A stretch of DNA of 23,243 nucleotides from Candidatus Tepidifontimicrobium thermophilum. Lineage in GTDB: Bacteria > Sysuimicrobiota > Sysuimicrobiia > Sysuimicrobiales > Sysuimicrobiaceae. The notes beneath the pieces are model-generated. The model was not told the origin of the DNA. It worked only from the letters and a program-made list of their open reading frames with translations, and searched no databases. Location: contig JAVKHO010000026.1 in NCBI GenBank assembly GCA_031459915.1, positions 1-23,243 on the forward strand, in the 5' to 3' direction. The position numbers and the translations under genes are program-made. Positions 1 to 6,932 of this stretch are shown here, in pieces (within the stretch, counting starts at the first letter, position 1; the number at the start of each line of letters is the position of its first letter).

Positions 1-147
1 CGGCTGGCCCGACCCTTGGCCTCGGCGCATTCCTCCCGGTAAGCGGTCCCAGCCCGTATTTCTGTCGGACCGTCCAGCAGCATCGTCGGGAGACCTGAGC
101 GCCGCGGAAACTTGTGGCCCAGGGGCGCGCCACATGCATACCCCCCG

Positions 148-1818
148 CTACCCCTCGCAAGCCCGGCACGAAAGGAGCAGGTCCCGGGTGTAGGCCTGGG
201 CGGCGCTGGCGCTGAACTGGTAGTACAGGGCCTTCAGGCCGGCGCGCCAGGCGTGGAGGACCAGCTCGTTCACGTCCCTGGGGGGCGCCTCCGGGTGAAC
301 GACCAGGCTGAGGGATTGCCCCTGGTCGATGTACGGCTGCCTTGAGGCGGCCAGGTTCACCAGGGTTTTTTGCGAGATCTCGCCGAAAGTTTTGAAGGTC
401 GCCTGCTCCTCCTCGGAGAGGAAATCCAGGTGGAGGACGGAGCCGTTGCGTTCCAGGATGCTCTGCCAGACGCCTTCCTCGTCCCTGCTTTTCTGCCGCA
501 GCAGTTCTTGCAGGAAGGGGTTTCTGAAGGGGACCCGGGCCTTCTGGAGGTCCCTCAGGTAGTAGTTGCTGGTGTACGGCTCTACAGAAGGGGAGACCTG
601 GCCGAGGATGAAGGCGCTGGACTTGGTGGGCGCTATGGCCAGGAGCGTGGCGTTGCGCCGGTCCATCAGGTCGGCGAGCTCGTCCTCCGGGTGACGCTTT
701 CTGAGCCACGCGGAAGCCTCCTCTGCGCGCTGACGGATGGTTCTGAATATGAGGGCGTTGCGGACGAACGCCTCGCGGCTCTCGAGGGGGATCCTTTGGG
801 ACTGCAGGTAGCTGTGCCAGCCGAGGACGCCGACGCCGATGGCGCGGTACCGTTTGGCGAAGTGGACGGCCCGCTCCAGGTAGGGGATGCTGCAAGCCTT
901 GTGGATGAAGTCGTCCAGGACGGAGTCCAGGAAAATCACCAGGGTTTCCACGGCGTCGGTGTGCTTCCACTCCTCGTAGTGCAGGAGGTTGAGGGAAGAG
1001 AGGCAGCAGACGAAGCTCTCTTCCTCCGAGGAGGGGAGCATGATCTCCGTGCAGAGGTTGCTGGCCCATATGGGGGCCCCCAGCTTCCGGAAGACCTCCG
1101 GGGCCTGGCGGTTCGCGTTGTCCTTGAAGAAGAGGTACGGGACGCCGGTTTCAGCCCGGGAGCGCAAGACTTTCGCCCATCGCTCGCGCTTCTGGCGGTC
1201 TCCGGCGACCATGTCCTGGATCCAGTCGTCGCCCACGCACGCTCCCCAGAAGAGGGACTGGATTTCGGAGTTCTCAGTTCGGATGCGAAGCCATTCGTCG
1301 AAGTCAGGATGCTCGATGTCCAGGTAGGCGGCGCACTGGCCTCTCCGGGTGGAGCCCTGGTTGAAGACGTCCACGACACGGTCGAAGAGGGAGGCGAAGG
1401 CGTAAGAGCCGTTGCTGTGGCCGTTGTCGCGGATGGGGGCGCCACGGGGGCGGAGGCGTCCCAGGTAGACCGACGTGCCGCCTCCCTGCTTGCTCATCAT
1501 GCCCACCTCCGCTGCGGCCCGGAGGATGGAGGCGGTGTCGTCGGCCACGTAGGTCCCGTAGCAGGAGATGGGGAGGCCGCGCTTCAGGCCGTAGTTGGCC
1601 CAGATGGGGGTGGCCAGGGAGTACCAGCCTCTGGCCACGTACTCCTGGAACTTACGGGAGAAGCCGTCAATGCGTGTGAGGGCTTCCGCGTGGTCGGCAA
1701 TCTGCCTGACTCTTTCCTCGACGGTTACGCCGGGCAGGAGGTAGCCTCTCCGCATGAACGTCCGGGTGTGCTCGTTGACCCAGTACCAGGGGCTGTAGGC
1801 GGGGGTGGTCCTGAGCAT
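148..1818 (-). CDS. nrdA: Ribonucleoside-diphosphate reductase alpha subunit, short NrdAi-type without ATP-cone (556 aa)
   Basis: Catalytic motifs ISCY, SNLCTEI, FVCCLSS, APTKSS, LYY radical-transfer pair and C-terminal CxxC (CRACEG). RBS GAGGAGG upstream. Confidence 0.96.
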   Translation of the reverse strand: MLRTTPAYSPWYWVNEHTRTFMRRGYLLPGVTVEERVRQIADHAEALTRIDGFSRKFQEYVARGWYSLATPIWANYGLKRGLPISCYGTYVADDTASILRAAAEVGMMSKQGGGTSVYLGRLRPRGAPIRDNGHSNGSYAFASLFDRVVDVFNQGSTRRGQCAAYLDIEHPDFDEWLRIRTENSEIQSLFWGACVGDDWIQDMVAGDRQKRERWAKVLRSRAETGVPYLFFKDNANRQAPEVFRKLGAPIWASNLCTEIMLPSSEEESFVCCLSSLNLLHYEEWKHTDAVETLVIFLDSVLDDFIHKACSIPYLERAVHFAKRYRAIGVGVLGWHSYLQSQRIPLESREAFVRNALIFRTIRQRAEEASAWLRKRHPEDELADLMDRRNATLLAIAPTKSSAFILGQVSPSVEPYTSNYYLRDLQKARVPFRNPFLQELLRQKSRDEEGVWQSILERNGSVLHLDFLSEEEQATFKTFGEISQKTLVNLAASRQPYIDQGQSLSLVVHPEAPPRDVNELVLHAWRAGLKALYYQFSASAAQAYTRDLLLSCRACEG

Positions 1819-1829
1819 GGCGCACCTCC

Positions 1830-2801
1830 TCAGAAGAGCTCGTCTGGATTGAAACTCCTGGTCCTCCTGGCGTAGGCCACGCTCCTCTTGTTGAAGAAGT
1901 CAACTTCCTTGTCTGAGAGGAGCTCCAGTTCGAACCACGTGACATCAGGGATCCGGGCGAGGTTTACCGGGATCGAATCGGGGAGGCCGTGGAGTGCAAG
2001 AACCTGGTTGTACCGGTGCTTGAGGAACTCGAGGGTCTCGTCCCGTGTGAGCAGAGCTGGCTCCCCGTCTGCGAAAAGCCAGTCCAGCAGGGCCACCTCT
2101 GACTGAAAGAGCTCACGGGCCAGGGCTCGGGCCCGGTCGTCGAATCCACTGCCGAACAGTTGGGGGTTCTCCTGTCGGAGCGTCCTGAGAAGTTCCGCGC
2201 CGAACAGACCATGGACGTTTTCCTCCTTGCTGGTCGCCTCGATGGCGTTGGAAATGCCTTTGAATCGGTTGCCCCTCCGGTTCAGACCCATGAGGACGTA
2301 GAACTGGGAGAAGAGAGAGATGTGCTCGGTGAAGGCGGAGAAGAGGAGGATGCCCATGGCCTGGTCGGCGAGGTCCGACTTCCTGTGGCTGAGGACCGCG
2401 TGGAGCTTCGCCTGCCGCTGCGTGAGGGCCGTGTCCTCCGACAGGGACCTGGCGAAGAGGTCCTCGAGGTCCAGCAGCTGCAGGAGGTGGGCGTAGGCGT
2501 TGGCGTGGCGGACCTCGCTCTCGGCGAAGGTCATGCCGACCTCTGCGACTTCGGGCTTGGGGAAGAGGTCATACAGGCGGGCCCAGAAGAGCTTGACGGC
2601 GAGCTCCACCTGGGCTATGGCGACGAGAGCCCGGCGCACCAGGGCCCGCTCGGTCTCGTCCGCCAGGGCGTAGTCCTGGACGTCTGAGGTGTAGCTGAAC
2701 TCGGTGTGCACCCAGTAGCTGTGGCGGATGGCGTCCCTGTAACGGAGGAACCTGGGGTACTCGTAGGGCCGGTAGTGAGTTCTGGGTGCGGTGAGCGGCA
2801 T
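1830..2801 (-). CDS. nrdB: Ribonucleoside-diphosphate reductase beta subunit, class Id/NrdBi-like (323 aa)
   Basis: Ferritin-like ligands QVE(LAVK), ESEVRH(ANAY), FTEH, EENVH. C-terminus DFFNKRSVAY...DELF. Start placed at ATG 2801 after a GGAGGTGA RBS, not at 2966. Confidence 0.95.
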   Translation of the reverse strand: MPLTAPRTHYRPYEYPRFLRYRDAIRHSYWVHTEFSYTSDVQDYALADETERALVRRALVAIAQVELAVKLFWARLYDLFPKPEVAEVGMTFAESEVRHANAYAHLLQLLDLEDLFARSLSEDTALTQRQAKLHAVLSHRKSDLADQAMGILLFSAFTEHISLFSQFYVLMGLNRRGNRFKGISNAIEATSKEENVHGLFGAELLRTLRQENPQLFGSGFDDRARALARELFQSEVALLDWLFADGEPALLTRDETLEFLKHRYNQVLALHGLPDSIPVNLARIPDVTWFELELLSDKEVDFFNKRSVAYARRTRSFNPDELF

Positions 2802-2806
2802 CGTCG

Positions 2807-3223
2807 TCACCTCCGGGTTCTGGTTTGGGGAGGCTTCGGACCTCCGCCAGGGGCCTTTAGGGGGGGCACGGGCGCTGGACGGCCCCTGCGGTCCAGGGCC
2901 ACCAGCACGAACGCCCCTTGGGCCGCCAGAAAAGGCTTCCGACGGGCTTGAACCGGTTCCACCCACATCTGCACCTCCACGCGCAGGGAGGTGCGGCCCA
3001 CTTCCACCACCCGGGCCACCAGCTCCACGATGGAGCCCAGGGGCACCGGACGGTCAAAGTCCACAGCGTCCGAGTGCACGAGCACCACGTTCCGTCTGGC
3101 GTGGCGGGTTGCGGCGATGAACGCCACGCGGTCCATCCAGGCCATGGCGGTGCCGGCGAAGAGCGTGCCGTAGTGGTTGGTCTCCCCCGGAAAGACCGCG
3201 TAGACCATCCGGGTTTCGCGCAA
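2807..3223 (-). CDS. Acyl-CoA thioesterase (hotdog fold, YciA-like)
   Basis: Motif VFPGETNHYGTLFAG..MAWMD, then GRTSLRVEV and FVLVALD. TTG start after GGAGGTG. Its stop codon overlaps the nrdB RBS. Confidence 0.9.
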   Translation of the reverse strand: MRETRMVYAVFPGETNHYGTLFAGTAMAWMDRVAFIAATRHARRNVVLVHSDAVDFDRPVPLGSIVELVARVVEVGRTSLRVEVQMWVEPVQARRKPFLAAQGAFVLVALDRRGRPAPVPPLKAPGGGPKPPQTRTRR

Positions 3224-3271
3224 AGGCCACCTCCGGAAGCAGCGCCGTCCGGTTGAGGATCCCCGGGAGAG

Positions 3272-3322
3272 TTAGCGGAAGGCCCGCCGCGCTGCGGGCT
3301 GGAGTGCAGTCGGGTTTTCCAC
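3272..3322 (-). CDS. Putative 16-aa leader peptide (MENPTALQPAARRAFR)
   Basis: GTG start 5 nt after SD-like AAGGTGGTGA (3328-3337), TAA stop. Sits directly downstream of the riboswitch P13-like hairpin. Confidence 0.3.
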   Translation of the reverse strand: MENPTALQPAARRAFR

Positions 3323-3337
3323 GACGATCACCACCTT

Positions 3338-3490
3338 CACCCTTGCCTCGAGGGCTACGGGGCATGGCCGCGAAGCGGGTACTCGGGCTTCCGGCTCGAG
3401 GCCGGTTACCGTTGCGGGACAGCGCCGGACTTTCACCGGACTTCCCCCGCCGCAGGGAGCGTCCAGGCCTGTCGGCCTGGCATCGCGGCC
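3338..3490 (-). ncRNA. Cobalamin riboswitch (compact, class-II-like architecture)
   Basis: Minus strand reads GGGAA-GTCCGGTGAAAGTCCGGC-GCTGTCCCGCAACGGTAA-ccggc(ctcga)gccgg-AAGCCCGAGTACCCGC. Closed by a GGCCGCGA/TCGCGGCC stem (3483-3490/3366-3373), with downstream hairpin GCCCT-CGAGGCA-AGGGT (3339-3355). Upstream of a B12-independent RNR. Confidence 0.92.
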
Positions 3491-3494
3491 GGGC

Positions 3495-3510
3495 GCCCTA
3501 GATATTGGGC
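3495..3510. promoter_or_regulatory. NrdR box 1
   Basis: gccCtAgATaTtGggc matches the core positions of the consensus acaCwAtATaTwGtgt. Confidence 0.8.
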
Positions 3511-3524
3511 ATCCCTGCGTGGGG

Positions 3525-3552
3525 ACGATACCATATCTTGTGCCAGAGTCAA
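3525..3552 (-). promoter_or_regulatory. Sigma70-type promoter of the thioesterase-nrdBA operon
   Basis: -35 TTGACT (3547-3552), 16-bp spacer, extended -10 TGn-TATCGT (3525-3530). Confidence 0.7.
3528..3543. promoter_or_regulatory. NrdR box 2 (overlaps promoter spacer/-10)
   Basis: ataCcAtATcTtGtgc. Lies 33 bp from box 1 (about 3 helical turns), the typical tandem arrangement. Confidence 0.82.
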
Positions 3553-3620
3553 GAGGGGCTGGCTGTGCGCCTGGTGAGCGAGTGCGAGGGCGCGCAGAGA
3601 CGGGCTAGCCAGACCGGGAG

Positions 3621-4544
3621 TCAGGCCGTTCCGCGGTGCTCCGCCGGAGCTTGTTCCAGCGCCACGGCTACTCGTCCGGCCAACCGCGCGTTGGACCGCA
3701 GCAGCGCCACGTTGGCCTCCAGGGACCGGCCCGCGGTCAGGTCCGCCAGCGCGGAAAGCAGGTACGGGGTGAGGTCCGCGCCGCGCACGGCCTGGGCAGA
3801 CGCGCGGGCTACCGCGGCCCGGACCGCGCGCTGTACTTCTTCCAAAGGCAGGGCCGCCTCCTCGGGAGGCGGGTTGGTCACCAGCAATCCTGTGCGCTGG
3901 CCGAGGGCGCGCTTGGCCAAAAGCACCGCAGCCACCTGCTCTGGGGAGTCCACAGAGTGTGGCACCGGAAAGCCGCTGTCCCGTGCGTAGAAGTACGGGA
4001 AGCGGTCGGTGCGGTAGCCCACCACCGTCACGCCCGCGGTGTCCAGGTACTCCAACGTCAGCTGCGGGTCGCAGACAGCCTTCGCACCGGAGCACACCAC
4101 CGCCACTGGGTACCGGGCCAGGGCCTGCAGGTCGCTGGACACGTCCCAAGTGTGCGACCCTCCCAGGTGCACACCCCCAACCCCTCCCGTCGCCACCACC
4201 GAGATCCCTAGGCGGTCGGCCACCGCCAGCGTGGCGGAGACCGTGAGCCCGCCGGTAACTCCGCGGGCCACGGCTAGGGGCAGGTCGCGCTCTGCCACCT
4301 TCCACGTGCCGGGCCGGGTGAGCTTCTCCACAGCTTCCTTTGAAGTACCCGCTACGATCCTCCCGTCCAGGGCCGCCACGGTGGCCGGTACCGCGCCCGC
4401 GGCCCGGACTTCGAGCTCCATCTGCTCCGCGGCTTCCAGCGCGAGGGGGCTGGGAAGCCCGTGGGACACCACCGCGGTCTCGAGGGCTACCACGGGGCGG
4501 CCCTGGCTCAACGCCTCCTGTACCTCCGGGCAGACCTCAACCAC
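3621..4544 (-). CDS. psuG: Pseudouridine-5'-phosphate glycosidase
   Basis: PVVALETAVVSHG, GAVPATVA, ATGGVGGVH, DVSSDL, SGAK, LTPYLL...T.GRSLEANVAL. GTG start at 4544 overlaps the upstream kinase stop. Confidence 0.93.
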   Translation of the reverse strand: MVEVCPEVQEALSQGRPVVALETAVVSHGLPSPLALEAAEQMELEVRAAGAVPATVAALDGRIVAGTSKEAVEKLTRPGTWKVAERDLPLAVARGVTGGLTVSATLAVADRLGISVVATGGVGGVHLGGSHTWDVSSDLQALARYPVAVVCSGAKAVCDPQLTLEYLDTAGVTVVGYRTDRFPYFYARDSGFPVPHSVDSPEQVAAVLLAKRALGQRTGLLVTNPPPEEAALPLEEVQRAVRAAVARASAQAVRGADLTPYLLSALADLTAGRSLEANVALLRSNARLAGRVAVALEQAPAEHRGTA

Positions 4545-5457
4545 GGAACGCCACCCCGGCGAGCTCACACAGCACCTCGAAGCTGAGCTTCGGGTTCGTG
4601 GCACCTTCCACCTGCACCGTCAGGGCTCCAGCCCACGCGCACAGCTGCGCGGCTTCCTCATCCGGGTAGCCGGCGAGCAGGGCGAACACCGCACACGCGG
4701 CCACCGCGTCCCCGGCCCCCGTGGCGTCCGCGACCGTTACCTGCGGGGACGGGACGAAAACCTCCTCCTGCCCGGACCACACAAGTCCCTGCGCGCCCAG
4801 GGTGACCACGACCCGCTCACACCCAGCCCCGCGCAGCCGGTCCCCGGCCCGGAGCGCCTCTTGCGGACTTCGGATCTCGAGGCCCGAAAGCACCGCGGCT
4901 TCCGGTGCTGCGCAGGCCAGCAACCAGGTACCCTGCAGCCGTCCCCGCAGGCGGGGAGCCTTTGCCGGCGAGACCGTCAGCAGGCACCGCGGCGCTAGGA
5001 CCTGCACGAGCGCGGCCAGCACGGGCTCAGTTAGGTTGGCGTCCGCCACCACCGCGTCCACGGGCCCGCACGCCCTTAGGGCTTCGATCAGGTGTTCGGG
5101 CCGCAGGGCCTCGCACGCCCTCATGTCGGAGACCGCCCACGCGCGCTCACCGTCCTCGGCCAGGGCCACGTAGCTGTCGGGTTGACCTCCCACCGGGACG
5201 GGGTGCACCACCACCCCCGCGTCCCGGGTGGGAGCCAGGACGCGCTCCCAAAGGAGGTCCTGGCCCGCGGCGCACACCAGGTGCACCCGGGCTCCCAGGC
5301 GGCTCAGGTTCTCCGCCACGTTGCGCGCGGCCCCGCCGGGTCGGAGGTGCACCCGCCCCGGGTTGCTCTCCCTCGGGCGCAGGGACTCCGCGTGCGCCAA
5401 CACGTCCAGGTTGGCGCCCCCCAGCGCCAGCACCACAGGGCGACGAACTGCCCACAC
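4537..5457 (-). CDS. psuK: PfkB-family carbohydrate kinase, probable pseudouridine kinase
   Basis: GGANLD, SNPG, PGGAARNVAENL, VTLGAQG and DATGAGD PfkB motifs. Overlaps psuG. Confidence 0.8.
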   Translation of the reverse strand: MWAVRRPVVLALGGANLDVLAHAESLRPRESNPGRVHLRPGGAARNVAENLSRLGARVHLVCAAGQDLLWERVLAPTRDAGVVVHPVPVGGQPDSYVALAEDGERAWAVSDMRACEALRPEHLIEALRACGPVDAVVADANLTEPVLAALVQVLAPRCLLTVSPAKAPRLRGRLQGTWLLACAAPEAAVLSGLEIRSPQEALRAGDRLRGAGCERVVVTLGAQGLVWSGQEEVFVPSPQVTVADATGAGDAVAACAVFALLAGYPDEEAAQLCAWAGALTVQVEGATNPKLSFEVLCELAGVAFRG

Positions 5458-5579
5458 CTCCGGCCCTCAGGTTCGGCGGGCCCGGGCCCAGATCCCTGCG
5501 GCAGGATGCCTGCCCGCAGGCGCCGTAGTCCTTCTCTGACCGGCCTTCGGGTCCGGCAGCACGAGGACGGAGGGGAACC

Positions 5580-6905
5580 ATGCGGTCCAGACCGGGCTTG
5601 GTGTTGGCGGTGGCGGTGGCTTTGGCCCTCCTGCCGCAGGCGGCTCCCACGCAGGCCGCGCCGCGGAGCTTCAAGATCGCCGTGGTGTCCGACGTGGGCG
5701 GCCGCGGGGACTTGAGCTTCAACGACATGGCCTTCAAGGGCGGGGAGGACGCGGAGCGGGACTTCGGCGTCCGGATGGTGGAGCTGGTGAGCAAGGTGGA
5801 GGCCGACTACGTGCCGAACCTCACCCGCGCCGCCCGGGACCCGGACGTGCAGCTCATCGTGGGCGTGGGCTTCCTGCTCAGCGACGCCCTCGCCCAGGTG
5901 GCCCGCCGGTTCCCGGACAAGAACTTCGTGGGCATCGACACCTTCGCCCAGTCCATCGTGAAGGAGAAGTTCTCCGCGCAGTACCCGCTGCCGAACCTCA
6001 TGGACATCGTGTACGAGGAGCACAAGGGCAGCGCCCTGGTGGGCGCCCTGGGAGCCCTCCTGGCCGCCCAGTACGCCAAGCCCCACATCGGCGGCGTGTT
6101 CGGGATCGAGATCCCGGTGCTGTGGAAGTTCGAGATCGGCTACAAGTGGGGCGCCCGCTGGGCGACGGAGTGGCTGGCCAAGAACCGGCCGGACAAAGCG
6201 TTCACCTACCGCAAGGACTTCGTGCTGTGGACGTACACGGGGACCTTCAGCGACATCCCCAAGGGCTACGCGGCGGCCAAGGCCATGTACGCCAAGAACG
6301 CCGTGGCGGTGTACAACATCGCGGGGCCCCTGGGACTGGGAATCAACCAGGCGGTCCAGGAGATCGCGCAGAGCCAGAAGCTGCGTATGGGGCCGCCCTT
6401 CTGGATCGGGGTGGACGCCAACCAGGACTGGATCAACCCGGGGTTCGTGATCGCCAGCATGATGAAGCGGGTGGACCGGGGTGTGTACTACGCCACCCGC
6501 TGGGTCCGGGATGGCCAGTTCCGGGACCTGGTACGCCGCACCCAGGGGGTGGTCACCCTGGGCATCGGGACCCGTATCGCGGGGCAGCTGGCGGAGGGGA
6601 TCTCCGTCAGCACCCTGGACGACCTGGACGAGTTCATCCGCATGGGAGTGCAGGCCGAGCGCCTGACGCGCAAGAAGGTCCTGCCCGCCTCGCCTGCGGA
6701 GATCAAGTCCAAGGTGAAGACCATGCGGGAGGCTCAGCCGAAGTGGGTGTGGGACGCGGTGGCAGACCTCGAGAAAAAGATCCGGGAGGGTCAGGTCACC
6801 GTCCCCATGGTGGTCACCAAGCCGGACATCGAGCGGTGGCGGGGTGAGCTGGGCTACCGGCCCCGGAGCTTCCTCGCGGCTGCCTACCGGTCGCCTCAAC
6901 GGTAA
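5580..6905 (+). CDS. BMP-family (PnrA/TmpC-like) nucleoside ABC transporter substrate-binding protein
   Basis: DVGGRGDLSFN, GVGF, IGVDANQD, SMMKRVD motifs. N-terminal signal peptide without a lipobox Cys. Confidence 0.92.
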   Translation: MRSRPGLVLAVAVALALLPQAAPTQAAPRSFKIAVVSDVGGRGDLSFNDMAFKGGEDAERDFGVRMVELVSKVEADYVPNLTRAARDPDVQLIVGVGFLLSDALAQVARRFPDKNFVGIDTFAQSIVKEKFSAQYPLPNLMDIVYEEHKGSALVGALGALLAAQYAKPHIGGVFGIEIPVLWKFEIGYKWGARWATEWLAKNRPDKAFTYRKDFVLWTYTGTFSDIPKGYAAAKAMYAKNAVAVYNIAGPLGLGINQAVQEIAQSQKLRMGPPFWIGVDANQDWINPGFVIASMMKRVDRGVYYATRWVRDGQFRDLVRRTQGVVTLGIGTRIAGQLAEGISVSTLDDLDEFIRMGVQAERLTRKKVLPASPAEIKSKVKTMREAQPKWVWDAVADLEKKIREGQVTVPMVVTKPDIERWRGELGYRPRSFLAAAYRSPQR

Positions 6906-6932
6906 CCTCGGCAGGGACGGGTCCGTCCGCGG

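Noticed and set aside
1..147. Possible minus-strand gene start downstream of nrdA (e.g. thioredoxin)
   Set aside because: The open frame from ATG 139 (MHVARPWATS...) has no recognisable motif, and the region is truncated by the window edge.
370..1875. Long antisense/alternative-frame ORFs (e.g. 370-1875, 5304-7556, 14235-15299, 15974-17014, 20163-21887)
   Set aside because: Shadow ORFs of well-supported genes, expected in high-GC DNA. No protein motifs.
2802..2966. N-terminal extension of NrdB in the ORF track (possible ATP-cone or fusion)
   Set aside because: Low-complexity sequence overlapping the thioesterase gene. A strong RBS marks ATG 2801.
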